From the NCBI GenBank assembly GCA_020026115.1, contig JAHHQY010000003.1, positions 4,919 through 68,918 of the forward strand: a stretch of DNA of 64,000 nucleotides, given 5' to 3'. This DNA is from Actinobacillus sp. (lineage in GTDB: Bacteria; Pseudomonadota; Gammaproteobacteria; Enterobacterales; Pasteurellaceae). This document shows, piece after piece, positions 1 through 9,927 of this stretch. The position numbers were made by a program, and so were the translations under genes. A model generated the notes under the pieces. The model saw nothing but the letters and a program-made list of their open reading frames with translations. It did not search any database and was not told the DNA's origin. The stretch's first letter is position 1. Each line of letters starts with the position of its first letter.

Positions 1-412
1 CTTTGCTTATTATGTTTTATTCCCTGTGGTGTTTGCCTTTTTAACGACAACCAGCCCGCAAGGCGTGTCCATTGCCACAGATATTAGTAGCTATTTGGAT
101 TTTGTATTAACCATCTTTTTAGCTTTTGGGGTTTGTTTTGAAGTGCCGGTGGCGATTATTTTATTAGTTTGGGCGGGCATTACCACACCTAATGATTTAC
201 GCCAAAAACGTCCTTACATTATTGTAGGTGCTTTTTTTGTCGGTATGTTATTAACACCGCCTGACGCGATTTCGCAAACCTTATTAGCCGTGCCGATGTG
301 GTTGTTATTTGAAATTGGTGTTGTGGTTTCTTCTTTATATCAAGCAAAAGATGAAGAAGAAAACACACAAGAAAAGGCCACAACGCCCGTTGAAAAAACA
401 CCAAAATCTTAA
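1..412 (+). CDS. tatC: Sec-independent translocase TatC, C-terminal part (5' end lies outside the window)
   Basis: The frame is open from the window edge. The translation (..[52 protein letters not shown]..) matches the conserved C-terminal TM region of TatC. Confidence 0.9.
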   Translation, partial: FAYYVLFPVVFAFLTTTSPQGVSIATDISSYLDFVLTIFLAFGVCFEVPVAIILLVWAGITTPNDLRQKRPYIIVGAFFVGMLLTPPDAISQTLLAVPMWLLFEIGVVVSSLYQAKDEEENTQEKATTPVEKTPKS

Positions 413-425
413 GTTGGAGAGAAAT

Positions 426-830
426 ATGCAAAATCAAGTTTTTTTTGAACAACAAATTGTACAAGAAAATCGCGCTTATATGATTACCATGTATCTTTGC
501 TTTTTCTTAGGCTTAACCCTTATGCCAGGATTAGCCACCATAGTGGGCTTGGTTATGGCTTACGCAAAACGCAAAGCCGTTTGGGGAACATTTTATTTTG
601 ATCATTGCCGTTGGTTAATTCGTACCTTTTGGATATCTTTTATCTTAGGCCTGCTAACGTATTGCGTCACTTTTTTTGTGGCCTTTATTCCGTTCTTTGG
701 CGTTTTTTTATTACCCGTCTTTTATATCATTATTGTTTTAATTCCGCTTTGGTATTTAGTACGCCTTATTTATGGCTTTATTAAATTATTAGATAACCAA
801 AAGGTTAATCCTCTTACATATTGGTTTTAA
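426..830 (+). CDS. small polytopic inner-membrane protein, function unknown
   Basis: ATG at 426 follows GGAGAG. The 134-aa product has 3-4 hydrophobic helices. The longer ORF from 309 overlaps tatC and is rejected. Confidence 0.55.
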   Translation: MQNQVFFEQQIVQENRAYMITMYLCFFLGLTLMPGLATIVGLVMAYAKRKAVWGTFYFDHCRWLIRTFWISFILGLLTYCVTFFVAFIPFFGVFLLPVFYIIIVLIPLWYLVRLIYGFIKLLDNQKVNPLTYWF

Positions 831-836
831 GCGAAG

Positions 837-866
837 AATGCGCAAAGTTTTGCGCATTTTTTATTT
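837..866 (+). terminator. rho-independent terminator
   Basis: AATGCGCA-aagttt-TGCGCATT followed by a T-run. Confidence 0.7.
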
Positions 867-880
867 TACGAGGACATTTT

Positions 881-1927
881 ATGCCACTTTTTAAAACACC
901 GCCTAAATCGCTTTGTATTTTACGTCTTTCCGCTATTGGCGATGTGTGCCACGTATTAGCCGTGGTTGAACAAATTCAAGCCTATTGGCCTGAAACAAAA
1001 ATAACTTGGATTATTGGCAAAACAGAGCGTCAGCTTTTTACTTATGTGCCGAATATTGAGTTTATTGAATACGATAAAAAAACGGGCTTAAAAGGAATTT
1101 TCGCCCTATGGAAAAAACTTAAAGATCGCCATTTTGATGCTTTGTTAAATATGCAAACGGCTTTGCGAGCTTCAGTACTTTCCTTAGGCATTCCTGCGAA
1201 ATATAAAATAGGCTTTGGCGCAAAAAGAACTCGTGAAGGGCAAAAATGGGTGGTGAATGAACGTATTCAAGACCCTGAAAATCCGCATGTATTAGCCGGT
1301 TTTTTTGCCTTTGCCGAAAAATTAGGTGTACCGCTGAGCGCGCCAAGTTGGCATTTACATTTGCCCGCTCAAACATCAGCTAAGATGGCGGAATTTATTT
1401 CCAAAGAGCAAGAAACCTTAATTATTAGTCCTTGTTCGAGCAAAGTGGAAAAAGATTGGCTTGCAGAAAATTATGCACAAATCGCCAATATCGCTCATAA
1501 GCAAAATAAACAGGTGATTTTATGTGCTTCGCCTGCACCACGCGAGATGCGAATGGTCGCGGAAATTATGGCGCAATGCGATTTTACCCCGCTGAATTTA
1601 GCGGGTAAAACAAGTTTACTTGAGTTATCCGCTTTAATTCAGCAAGCGGATTTAGTCCTAGCCCCAGATAGTGGACCTGCGCATATTGCAACGGCTGTTG
1701 GTACGCCAGTTATTGGGCTTTATGCTTACCACAATCCCAAACGGACAGGCCCTTCGCAAAATTTAGCCAACGTGGTATCCGTATATGATGAATGTTTATA
1801 TGAAGAAACCGGTAAAAAAGCCTGCGACTTACCTTGGGCAACGAAATTAAAAGGCGAGCGATTGATGGCAAAAATTACGGTGGCCGATGTGCTTGAAAAA
1901 ATGCGTGAAATAGGTTTTTTAGCTTAA
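881..1927 (+). CDS. glycosyltransferase family 9 (LPS heptosyltransferase-like) protein
   Basis: The N-terminal LCILRLSAIGDVCH motif and the C-terminal DSGPAHIA motif are typical of ADP-heptose:LPS heptosyltransferase-family enzymes. The ATG at 881 lies after a terminator hairpin. Confidence 0.75.
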   Translation: MPLFKTPPKSLCILRLSAIGDVCHVLAVVEQIQAYWPETKITWIIGKTERQLFTYVPNIEFIEYDKKTGLKGIFALWKKLKDRHFDALLNMQTALRASVLSLGIPAKYKIGFGAKRTREGQKWVVNERIQDPENPHVLAGFFAFAEKLGVPLSAPSWHLHLPAQTSAKMAEFISKEQETLIISPCSSKVEKDWLAENYAQIANIAHKQNKQVILCASPAPREMRMVAEIMAQCDFTPLNLAGKTSLLELSALIQQADLVLAPDSGPAHIATAVGTPVIGLYAYHNPKRTGPSQNLANVVSVYDECLYEETGKKACDLPWATKLKGERLMAKITVADVLEKMREIGFLA

Positions 1928-1950
1928 AACAACCTTAATAAACAGCTAAA

Positions 1951-1978
1951 GAAAAAGGACGCTTGGCGTCCTTTTTTA
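1951..1978. terminator. bidirectional terminator between the GT9 gene and the MscS-family gene
   Basis: AGGACGC-ttg-GCGTCCT flanked by A5 and T6. Confidence 0.75.
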
Positions 1979-1986
1979 TTTCAGCA

Positions 1987-3162
1987 TTATTTTAAGAAAT
2001 TATCGGGTAATTCACTGTCTTGTTCTCTTGGATTTTGTGTCACATAAAGCTGACGAGTAGGGAAGGCAAAATCCGCCCCATGAGATTTCACAATATCTCG
2101 AATAAGAAGTAAGATTTTTTGTTTAATTTCATAGAAATCCACCCAAACTGTGGTTTTCGTAAAGGTGTAAATCATAATATCAAGGGAAGAGTCCGCAAAT
2201 TGGTCAAAAGCCACAATAATCGTTTTGTGCGTATCAATATCAGGGTGATTATGAAGCATTTTTTTAATATCGGCGACAACCGCATCCACTTTATCTAAAT
2301 CATCATAGCGCAGGCCAATATGCTCATAAATACGGCGGTTAAACATACGGCTTGGGTTTTCTACGGCAATATTCACAAAGGTGGAATTTGGCACATATAA
2401 AGGACGTTGATCGAAAGTACGAATACGCGTCATACGCCAACCAATATCTTCCACCGTTCCTTCAATTTTACGATCGGGCGAGCGAATCCAATCGCCCACA
2501 TGGAAAGGTTTATCAATAAAGACCATAAAGGCGCCGAAGAAGTTCGCCAGTAAGTCACGAGCGGCAAAACCGATGGCAATCCCCCCGATTCCCCCAAAGG
2601 CTAACACCCCAGAAATAGAGAAACCGAAATTTTGCATGACAACTAAAATTAAGGTGATGATAATGGATAAACGTAATAAACGCGCCACCGCCATAACCGT
2701 TGCGCTATCCGCTTTATTTTTACCTTTTTTCGGCGTGGAAGCGATCATATTGGTTTCAATCGCTTTAATTAAACGTAATAAAAACCAGCCAAAAGAAAGA
2801 ATAATCCCTAAACGCCAACCCATTAACAAAGCGCTATTCCAGTTTTTCGCGTTGTATTGAGCCATAATTTGTAAGGCCCATAAAAAACCGCTGTAATTGA
2901 TAAAATAACGCAGAGGTTTGCGTAGCACATTAACAACCGTTTCATCAAAAACCGTATCTGTGCGGTTTACGACATTTAATAAAAAGCGATTAATGGTAAT
3001 TTTAAGGATTAAATTTACGGTTAAGGTTAAAAATACCACAATAAAAAGCAACATCACCCAAGCAAATTCTTGCGGAATGAGTTGTTTAAAAGACACGACA
3101 TTCATTAAAACGCCGTTCATGGAATCAATATGTTCCATCGTTTGGTCAGGGAAGGTTTTCAT
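1987..3162 (-). CDS. mechanosensitive ion channel, MscS family
   Basis: 391 aa with N-terminal TM helices and an MscS beta-domain signature (GDWI..IEGTVEDIGWRMTRIRTFD..PLYVPNS). Confidence 0.85.
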   Translation of the reverse strand: MKTFPDQTMEHIDSMNGVLMNVVSFKQLIPQEFAWVMLLFIVVFLTLTVNLILKITINRFLLNVVNRTDTVFDETVVNVLRKPLRYFINYSGFLWALQIMAQYNAKNWNSALLMGWRLGIILSFGWFLLRLIKAIETNMIASTPKKGKNKADSATVMAVARLLRLSIIITLILVVMQNFGFSISGVLAFGGIGGIAIGFAARDLLANFFGAFMVFIDKPFHVGDWIRSPDRKIEGTVEDIGWRMTRIRTFDQRPLYVPNSTFVNIAVENPSRMFNRRIYEHIGLRYDDLDKVDAVVADIKKMLHNHPDIDTHKTIIVAFDQFADSSLDIMIYTFTKTTVWVDFYEIKQKILLLIRDIVKSHGADFAFPTRQLYVTQNPREQDSELPDNFLK

Positions 3163-3255
3163 CGTTAAAAGGACGTCCTATAAAATAAAAATTAAAAACG
3201 CAGGTATTCTGCCATAAAAGTGGTAGGGGATAAATAAAAGCGCGGAAAAAAACAC

Positions 3256-3297
3256 CTCGCGCCGAAAAATAGCCAAAGTTTTTTTTTTCGGCGCGAG
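3256..3297. repeat. YTCGCRCCGAAAA motif, inverted pair (hairpin)
   Basis: CTCGCGCCGAAAAA-tagccaaag-T10CGGCGCGAG, between the hpt 3' end and the 5' end of the MscS-family gene. Confidence 0.9.
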
Positions 3298-3326
3298 AGG
3301 AAAACTAAAAAAGGAAAAAAGGGAAA

Positions 3327-3866
3327 TTATTCCTCAATGATGACTTTAGCGATGTAATCTAAATTACGATAATATTGAGCATAATCAATACCATAGCCAA
3401 CAACAAACTCATCAGGAATAGCAAAACCTACCCATTCCACCGGCACTTCAACTTCACGGCGAGCCGGTTTATCGAGTAAAGTACAAATATGCAAAGATGC
3501 AGGATCGCGTAAATTTAAAATTTCGCGAATTTTTTGTAGCGTGTAGCCTGTGTCGATAATATCTTCCACAATCAAAACGTGACGACCACGAATATCGCCG
3601 TCTAAATCTTTTTTGATGCGCACATCATGGCTCGATTCCATTGCATCGCCATAGCTAGAAGCGGTCATAAAATCCACTTCTAAAGGCAGGTTAATAGCAC
3701 GGACTAAATCCGCCATAAACATAAAAGAGCCACGCAGTAAACCAATAACAACTAAGTCTTTAGCGTTTTGTTGTTGATAAAAAGTGGTAATTTGTTCACC
3801 AAGTTCTTGAATACGTTGGTGGACATCTTGTTGGGAGATTAAGGTTGCGAGATGATGTTTTTTCAT
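3327..3866 (-). CDS. hpt: hypoxanthine phosphoribosyltransferase
   Basis: 179 aa with the PRPP-binding loop [14 protein letters not shown] and overall Hpt-like sequence. Confidence 0.9.
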   Translation of the reverse strand: MKKHHLATLISQQDVHQRIQELGEQITTFYQQQNAKDLVVIGLLRGSFMFMADLVRAINLPLEVDFMTASSYGDAMESSHDVRIKKDLDGDIRGRHVLIVEDIIDTGYTLQKIREILNLRDPASLHICTLLDKPARREVEVPVEWVGFAIPDEFVVGYGIDYAQYYRNLDYIAKVIIEE

Positions 3867-3901
3867 GGTTTGCCTCTAAGATTAGAAAACGCCGTATTCT
3901 A

Positions 3902-3942
3902 ACAAAAAAAAAGCCGAAGTTTAATTTAACTTCGGCTTTTTA
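3902..3942 (-). terminator. terminator downstream of pmbA
   Basis: 13-bp perfect palindrome AAGCCGAAGTTAA/TTAACTTCGGCTT flanked by A9 (a T9 tail on the minus strand). Confidence 0.75.
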
Positions 3943-4107
3943 CTTAATGAATTTTACTATTTTTACTTTAAACTTCTCTACTTAACTTACTTGGAGTATT
4001 GAAAACGCAGAATTTAGCATTTAAAACATTCTAAACAAGAAGTGATTGCATATTAAAGGCTATAAATCTTTTTGTCAATAGGAATTATTATCATTTTAAT
4101 TAAAAAA

Positions 4108-5463
4108 TTAATTCCCAGAAACCTTCATAGATTCAATCAGTAAAGAACCCGTTTGGATATTAGAACGCGTTTCCACATCATCACCAATCGCAACAATTTT
4201 TTGTAGCATTTCAGGTAAACTGCCCGCAATGGTAATTTCAGCCACAGGGAATTGGATTTCGCCATTTTCTACCCAAAAACCGCTGGCACCGCGCGAATAA
4301 TCGCCCGTCACTAAATTAACGCCTTGCCCCATTAAATCTGTGACCAATAAACCGCGTCCCATTTGTTTTAAAAGCGCATTTAAACCGCCTTTTAAGTTGG
4401 CTTTGACTTGCCAATTATGGATACCGCCGGCATGTCCTGTGGTTTGCATGCCCATTTTTTTCGCGCTGTAATTGGTCAGCAAGTAGGTTTGTAATTCCCC
4501 TTGTTCAACAATAAAACGCGTTTGGGTGCGCACACCTTCACTATCAAAAGGTGAAGAGGCTAAGCCTTCTAATAAATGCGGGCGTTCTTGAATTTCAAAC
4601 CAACGCGGTAACACTTGTTTGCCAAGGCTATCTAATAAAAAGCTCGCTTTGCGATATAAACTGCCCCCGCTAATCGCTGAAGCAAAATGCCCAATAATGC
4701 CCGTGGCAACGTCATTTAAGAAAACCACAGGCACAGTTTGCGATTGAATTTTTTGCGGATTTAAATGGGATAAAGTTTTGCGTGCGCAATTTTCCCCAAG
4801 CCATTTTGTTGAGTTTAAATCTGAAAAACGGCGCGAAAGGGTATATTCATAATCCTGTTCTAAGGCGTCATTTTCCTGGGCAATCATCGCACAAGAAAGG
4901 GAATAGCGACTTGAAAGATAGCTTTGTAGCATACCTTCGCTATTACCATAAACGCGAACACCAGAATGAGCATTAAAACTTGCCCCATTACTATTTACGA
5001 TACGACGATCAAAATCTAAGGCGAACTTTTCCGCTTCTTGCGTTAATTGAATCGCCGTATCAACATCAATATCCGCTTCATGGTAAAGCTGTAAATCAGG
5101 CGCATCAAAGGCCATTAACGCTTTATCCGCAAGCCCAGCACAAGGGTCAGGCGAGGTGTATTTCGCAATGGCGATAGCAGAATCGACGGTTTTTTTAATG
5201 GCTTCAGGGCTTAAATCTGAGGTTGAGGCATTGCCTTTTTGTTGCCCTAAATAAACGGAAATACCTAAAGCGCCATCGTTATTAAATTCAATATTTTCAA
5301 CTTCTTGTAAGCGTGAAGAAACGCAAAGTCCACTGACTTTTGTAACGGAAACTTCAGCACTTGCACCTTGTTGTTGAGCTTGTTCAAGCGCCAAACTTAC
5401 CGCTTCGCGTAAAAGGCTTTCTTGTTGTTTGAGAATTTTGCTTGGATTTTCTTGCTGTTGCAT
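4108..5463 (-). CDS. pmbA: metalloprotease PmbA (TldE)
   Basis: 451 aa with full-length similarity to the PmbA/TldD family. It is divergent from yjgA, as in enterics. Confidence 0.9.
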   Translation of the reverse strand: MQQQENPSKILKQQESLLREAVSLALEQAQQQGASAEVSVTKVSGLCVSSRLQEVENIEFNNDGALGISVYLGQQKGNASTSDLSPEAIKKTVDSAIAIAKYTSPDPCAGLADKALMAFDAPDLQLYHEADIDVDTAIQLTQEAEKFALDFDRRIVNSNGASFNAHSGVRVYGNSEGMLQSYLSSRYSLSCAMIAQENDALEQDYEYTLSRRFSDLNSTKWLGENCARKTLSHLNPQKIQSQTVPVVFLNDVATGIIGHFASAISGGSLYRKASFLLDSLGKQVLPRWFEIQERPHLLEGLASSPFDSEGVRTQTRFIVEQGELQTYLLTNYSAKKMGMQTTGHAGGIHNWQVKANLKGGLNALLKQMGRGLLVTDLMGQGVNLVTGDYSRGASGFWVENGEIQFPVAEITIAGSLPEMLQKIVAIGDDVETRSNIQTGSLLIESMKVSGN

Positions 5464-5570
5464 GGGAGGTCCTTTCTAAAAAATTTGCTGTATTCTAGCT
5501 TATTTTCGATAACCCAGCTAATTCTGTGATAGAATGCGCCGTTTTTATGATTAGAACTTAAGAGGTGAGT

Positions 5571-6098
5571 ATGGCGAAAGGTAAAAAATTAGACTGGTGG
5601 GACGAAGAAAACGCAGAAGAAATTATTTATGTTAGTAAAAGTGAAATTAAACGTGACGCAGAAGAGTTGAAAAAAGTAGGCGAAAAGTTAGTGAACTTGA
5701 ACGCAAATAATTTAGCGAAAATGCCTTTAGATGAAAATGTGCGCGAAACCATTGAACTTGCGCAACGCTTACAAAGAGAAGCTCGTCGTCGTCAGTTGCA
5801 ATATCTGGGTAAATTATTGCGTAATTTAGATGTTGAGCCTATTTTAGATGCGTTAGCAAAAGTGGAAAATACCCATCAACAACAGCAAGCGATGTTGCAT
5901 AAAATTGAACGTCAACGTGATGATTTAATTGAAAAAGGCGATGCTGAATTAAGTAAATTATTAACGGATTATCCCACTTTGGATCGTCAACGCTTACGCG
6001 CGTTAATTCGCGGAGCAAAAAAAGAAGTTGAACAAAAAAAATATGGCAAAAATTATCGTGAAATTTATGCCATGTTAAAAGACGCGATGCTTGTTTAA
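5571..6098 (+). CDS. darP: ribosome-associated protein YjgA/DarP (DUF615)
   Basis: ATG at 5571 lies 6 nt after AAGAGG. The product is charged and helical with the YjgA-like motif EIIYVSKSEIKRD..LQYLGKLLR. Confidence 0.8.
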   Translation: MAKGKKLDWWDEENAEEIIYVSKSEIKRDAEELKKVGEKLVNLNANNLAKMPLDENVRETIELAQRLQREARRRQLQYLGKLLRNLDVEPILDALAKVENTHQQQQAMLHKIERQRDDLIEKGDAELSKLLTDYPTLDRQRLRALIRGAKKEVEQKKYGKNYREIYAMLKDAMLV

Positions 6099-6106
6099 AA
6101 CATCCT

Positions 6107-6141
6107 TCGCACCGAAAAAAAGGCTTATTTTTCGGTGCGAG
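6107..6141. repeat. motif inverted pair (hairpin)
   Basis: TCGCACCGAAAAAAA-ggcttat-TTTTTCGGTGCGAG, between convergent yjgA and rnhA. Confidence 0.9.
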
Positions 6142-6143
6142 TC

Positions 6144-6608
6144 TTAAGGCTTGTAACCGATATCTTCTAAAGTCGGGGCGATTGCGCCATCTTTAGCGAG
6201 TTGATCGCAAAGTTCATTTTCTCTATGGCCACTATGTCCCTTCACCCAATGCCAACTTATTTGATGGCGCGCGCAAGCGCTGTCGAGTCTTAACCATAAA
6301 TCCTTGTTTTTAACTGCATTTCCTTGGCTATTTTTCCAGTTTTTTTGCTTCCAACTTTTAATCCATAAGGTGATGCCCTTTTTCATATATTGGCTATCGC
6401 TGTATAAATTCACCTTACAAGGCTCTTTTAAACATTCTAAGGCCTTGATAACGGCGAGTAATTCCATACGATTGTTAGTCGTAAGATAATACCCCTCGGA
6501 AAGGGTCTTTTCGTGTTGCTTAAAACGCAACAAAACGCCTAAGCCACCAGGCCCAGGATTACCAAGGCAAGAGCCATCGGTGAAGATGTCGATATTTTTT
6601 AAATCCAT
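6144..6608 (-). CDS. rnhA: ribonuclease HI
   Basis: 154 aa with the motifs [15 protein letters not shown] and [18 protein letters not shown]. It is divergent from dnaQ, as in E. coli. Confidence 0.92.
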   Translation of the reverse strand: MDLKNIDIFTDGSCLGNPGPGGLGVLLRFKQHEKTLSEGYYLTTNNRMELLAVIKALECLKEPCKVNLYSDSQYMKKGITLWIKSWKQKNWKNSQGNAVKNKDLWLRLDSACARHQISWHWVKGHSGHRENELCDQLAKDGAIAPTLEDIGYKP

Positions 6609-6680
6609 AAATAAAAGGTTGCTGATAAGTAAAAATAAAAGCGATAATACCGAAAATTTGACTTAAGATTAAGGGAAAAA

Positions 6681-7460
6681 ATGAATACGCAAGAAAATAG
6701 ACAGCGTCAAGTGGTGTTAGATACAGAAACCACAGGGATGAATAAATTTGGGGAACATTATAAAGACCACTGCATTATTGAAATTGGTGCGGTTGAATTA
6801 GTGAATCGCCGACGTACAGGACGCGAGTTACATTTTTATGTCAAACCTGACCGCAGTGTCGATCCTGAAGCACAAAAAGTGCATGGCATTAGCGATGAAG
6901 ATTTAGTCGATAAACCAAGTTTTCCTGAAATCGCACAAGAATTTATTGATTTTATTAAAGGCGCGGAATTAGTGATTCATAATGCGCCTTTCGATGTGGG
7001 ATTTATGGATTATGAATTTCGCAAACATCAACTCGGCGTGCAAACAGCGGATATTTGTAGCGTTTTAGATACCTTAGTGTTAGCGCGCTCTTTGTATCCC
7101 GGTAAAAGAAATTCCTTAGATGCACTTTGTAACCGTTTAAATATTGATAATAGTAAACGAACATTGCATGGGGCATTGCTCGATGCGGAAATTTTAGCCG
7201 ATGTTTACTTAGCTATGACGGGCGGACAAACTAATTTGTTCGACGAAGTGGAAGACAATGGGTTAACTAAGCAAGAAAAGAATCAAACAACACAAGCGAA
7301 AAGTTTAAAAAACAAGCAGTTAACTCAAAGTCCTGTGATTTTAGCTAACGCAGAAGAAGAAATTGCGCACCAAAATTTTTTGCAAATTATAAATAAAAAA
7401 AGTAAAAATCAGTGCATTTGGCTGTTAGATGAAGCAAAAATTATACAAGATGAGCATTGA
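6681..7460 (+). CDS. dnaQ: DNA polymerase III epsilon subunit (proofreading exonuclease)
   Basis: Exo motifs are present (VLDTETTG, HNAPFDVGF, HGALLDAEILADVY), followed by a QTNLF clamp-binding-like motif. Confidence 0.92.
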   Translation: MNTQENRQRQVVLDTETTGMNKFGEHYKDHCIIEIGAVELVNRRRTGRELHFYVKPDRSVDPEAQKVHGISDEDLVDKPSFPEIAQEFIDFIKGAELVIHNAPFDVGFMDYEFRKHQLGVQTADICSVLDTLVLARSLYPGKRNSLDALCNRLNIDNSKRTLHGALLDAEILADVYLAMTGGQTNLFDEVEDNGLTKQEKNQTTQAKSLKNKQLTQSPVILANAEEEIAHQNFLQIINKKSKNQCIWLLDEAKIIQDEH

Positions 7461-7494
7461 TTGAGCAGTCGTGCAATGGGGCGAAAATTTTCTC

Positions 7495-7523
7495 TTGACG
7501 TTTTTAGCAAAGGTCTTTATTAT
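7495..7523 (+). promoter_or_regulatory. candidate sigma-70 promoter for the tRNA-Asp pair
   Basis: TTGACG (7495-7500), a 17-nt spacer, then TATTAT (7518-7523). A GC-rich discriminator (CGCCTC) follows, about 10 nt before the first tRNA. Confidence 0.55.
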
Positions 7524-7539
7524 TCGCCTCACGTTTTGC

Positions 7540-7616
7540 GGAGTGGTAGTTCAGCTGGTTAGAATACCTGCCTGTCACGCAGGGGGTCGCGGGTTCGAGT
7601 CCCGTCCATTCCGCCA
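7540..7616 (+). tRNA. tRNA-Asp (anticodon GTC), copy 1
   Basis: 77 nt, GGAGTGGTAGTTCAGCTGGTTAGAATACCTGCCTGTCACGCAGGGGGTCGCGGGTTCGAGTCCCGTCCATTCCGCCA. It folds as a cloverleaf, is near-identical to E. coli tRNA-Asp, and encodes its CCA end. Confidence 0.95.
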
Positions 7617-7628
7617 ACCTTTCTTCAC

Positions 7629-7705
7629 GGAGCGGTAGTTCAGCTGGTTAGAATACCTGCCTGTCACGCAGGGGGTCGCGGGTTCGAATCCCGTCCGTTC
7701 CGCCA
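7629..7705 (+). tRNA. tRNA-Asp (anticodon GTC), copy 2
   Basis: 77-nt tandem copy 12 nt after copy 1. It differs at acceptor pair 5:68 (C-G versus T-A) and at one T-loop purine. Confidence 0.95.
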
Positions 7706-7790
7706 CTTTTCCTTCATAAATTTTCCTTTTTTTTTTATTTCATTTTTTTTCTTTTTATATTATTAGTCTTTTTTATTATCTCGAGCCAAG

Positions 7791-7803
7791 TTTTCGGTGC
7801 GAG
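7791..7803 (-). repeat. motif, single copy
   Basis: TTTTCGGTGCGAG on the plus strand, intergenic after the tRNA-Asp pair. A decayed partner (CTCGAGCC) lies just upstream. Confidence 0.85.
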
Positions 7804-7892
7804 AGATTTTTTTTTTTGCAATTCTCTTGCCAAAAAACGGTGTAAAACTTACTATATAGCGGTTTTTGACGCTACGATCGTAAGGAGAAATT

Positions 7893-8921
7893 ATGCCGTC
7901 TAAATTTTTAAAAAGAACAAGTGCCTTATTACTTTCTCTTGCTTTTGCAACAACAGTGCAGGCACAAAGCAATCCAGATTTAGTTGCCGCCAAAGTGGGC
8001 AATATTGAACCTCAAAAAGTACAAAAAGTTTTAAGTGCCGGCAAGGTTTCAGATGTGCTGTTAATTTCCTTAGCACCTGAAAAATTATTAGGTTTTTCGA
8101 AAGGCTTAAAACCAGATACTTTAGCTTATCTTCCTGAAAATCTTCAAAAACTTCCAACCACAGGTAAATTAGCCGGTCGTGATTCAACAGCGTCATTAGA
8201 AAAAGTGATGGCTTTAAAACCGGATTTAATTCTTGATGTTGGAACTGTGAGCAAAGTTTATGTTGAAACGGCAGAACGCGTTCATCAACAAACGAATATT
8301 CCATTTTTATTAATCGACGGTGATTTTGCCGACAGCGCCCAACAAATTCGCACCGTGGCAAAATATCTTGGCAATGAAAGCAAAGGTACAAAATTAGCGT
8401 CCTACGCTGAAACCGTTTTAAACTTAACCCACAATGCTTTAAAAGAGGGCGAGGTGTCACCAAGCGTTTATTTTGCTCGTGGCAACGATGGTTTAGAAAC
8501 AGGTTTAGCCAATTCCATTCACAGTGAAGTATTAAATTGGGTCGGATTGAAAAATGTTGCGGATATGAAAGCACAAAAATCTACCGCTCGCGTTTCTATG
8601 GAACAATTATTCACATGGCAACCCGATTACATTATCACGCAAGATAAAAACGCTTATGATACGATGCTTAGCTCACCAGTTTGGCAACAATTAAACGCAG
8701 TGAAAAATCATCACGTTTATTTAGTACCAAGTGAGCCATTTGGTTGGTTAGGTCAACCGCCAAGCGTTAACCGTTTATTAGGCGCTTTATGGTTAACTCA
8801 TACCTTAGCACCACAAAAATTAGACGCGAAACTCTATAGTCAATGGGTGAAAAGTTACTTTACGCTCTTTTATGGCAAAGAATTAAGTGCAGAAATGGCG
8901 GAAAAATTCCATTTACAATAA
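7893..8921 (+). CDS. periplasmic substrate-binding protein of a type II (BtuCD/FecCD-like) ABC importer
   Basis: It has a signal peptide (..LAFATTVQA/QS), a cluster-A binding-protein layout, and is the first gene of a tightly packed four-gene operon. The arrangement resembles H. influenzae MolA-MolB-MolC as I recall it. Confidence 0.75.
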   Translation: MPSKFLKRTSALLLSLAFATTVQAQSNPDLVAAKVGNIEPQKVQKVLSAGKVSDVLLISLAPEKLLGFSKGLKPDTLAYLPENLQKLPTTGKLAGRDSTASLEKVMALKPDLILDVGTVSKVYVETAERVHQQTNIPFLLIDGDFADSAQQIRTVAKYLGNESKGTKLASYAETVLNLTHNALKEGEVSPSVYFARGNDGLETGLANSIHSEVLNWVGLKNVADMKAQKSTARVSMEQLFTWQPDYIITQDKNAYDTMLSSPVWQQLNAVKNHHVYLVPSEPFGWLGQPPSVNRLLGALWLTHTLAPQKLDAKLYSQWVKSYFTLFYGKELSAEMAEKFHLQ

Positions 8922-8922
8922 A

Positions 8923-9927
8923 ATGATCAAGTCGTTTTTTTTACGGGGGTGGCGTTGGACGCTACCCCCGATTTTCTTATGTATGGTTGCGCTTTTGGCT
9001 TGTTTAACAGGGCAATATCCTTTAACTCTGGCGCAAGTCTGGCAAGGTTTATCTCAGCAAAGTACAGACATAGTGCATACGGTTTTATGGAATGTGCGCT
9101 TTCCTCGCGTAGCAACGGCTATTTTAGTGGGTTCTGCCTTGTCTATGGCTGGGGCAACCTATCAAGGGATGTTTAAAAATCCTTTGGTTTCGCCCGATAT
9201 TTTAGGTGTTACAGCAGGTGCAGGCTTAGGTGCCGTTTGGATGATATATTTAAATGGTAGCTTGTTTGAGGTGCAAATTGTTGCGTTTTTAGGTGGTTTA
9301 GGCGCTGTAAGCGTGGTGTATCTTGTTTCGCGCATTGCTCATTACCATTCGCCAATATTAGCCTTAGTTTTAGCGGGCATTGCGATTTCCTCTTTATTAA
9401 AAGCGGGCATTTCCCTTTTGAAAGTCTTAGCCGATGCTGACAGCCAATTAACAAGTATGACTTTTTGGCTTTTAGGCAGTTTAAATATGGCGACCTTTGC
9501 CGATTTAGCCTTTGTTTTACCTTTGTTGTTGTTAAGTTCTATCCCCTTAATTTTATTGCGTTGGCGTATGAATTTACTCGCTTTGCAGGAAGAAGAAGCG
9601 CAAGCCTTAGGCTTAAATACGCAACGTTTACGCTTAGTTTTCATTCTTTCTGCCACTTTAATGACCTCAACGGTGGTTTCTATTACAGGAATTATCGGCT
9701 GGGTTGGCTTAATTGTTCCCCATATGGCGCGTTTATGGTTAGGCGCACAAGGCGCTGATTTTCGCCGTTTATTACCGATGAGCCTTTTTTTCGGCGCAAG
9801 TTTCTTATTATTAGCCGATACCGTATCGCGCACGGCGTTTATTATTGAAATTCCTTTAGGCATTATTACCGCTTTAGTTGGCGTGCCGTTCTTTTTAGGT
9901 TTATTAGTTTTCGGAGGGAAAAAATGA
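8923..9927 (+). CDS. ABC importer permease, FecCD family
   Basis: ATG at 8923 lies 1 nt after the upstream stop. It is a polytopic FecCD/BtuC-like membrane protein (..GIIGWVGLIVPHMAR..). Confidence 0.85.
   Translation: MIKSFFLRGWRWTLPPIFLCMVALLACLTGQYPLTLAQVWQGLSQQSTDIVHTVLWNVRFPRVATAILVGSALSMAGATYQGMFKNPLVSPDILGVTAGAGLGAVWMIYLNGSLFEVQIVAFLGGLGAVSVVYLVSRIAHYHSPILALVLAGIAISSLLKAGISLLKVLADADSQLTSMTFWLLGSLNMATFADLAFVLPLLLLSSIPLILLRWRMNLLALQEEEAQALGLNTQRLRLVFILSATLMTSTVVSITGIIGWVGLIVPHMARLWLGAQGADFRRLLPMSLFFGASFLLLADTVSRTAFIIEIPLGIITALVGVPFFLGLLVFGGKK

Noticed and set aside
309-425. N-terminal extension of the small membrane protein ORF (309-830) overlapping tatC.
   Set aside because: The extension overlaps the tatC 3' end in another frame and is highly basic and low in complexity. 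A good RBS precedes the ATG at 426.
7706-7892. T-rich 190-bp region after the tRNA-Asp pair as a genomic-island attachment site, with the ABC operon as cargo.
   Set aside because: There is no integrase, and I saw no direct repeat of the tRNA 3' end anywhere in the window. The downstream operon has normal composition and carries the host 13-mer.
7900-8574. Long antisense ORFs inside well-supported genes. Examples: 7900-8574(-), 9342-9863(-), 16121-16561(-), 30577-31038(-), 48198-48554(-), 50114-50587(-) and 59977-60372(-).
   Set aside because: Each lies fully within, and antisense to, a gene with strong family motifs. Their translations are low-complexity or skewed in composition and lack start-site signals. 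These are typical shadow ORFs.
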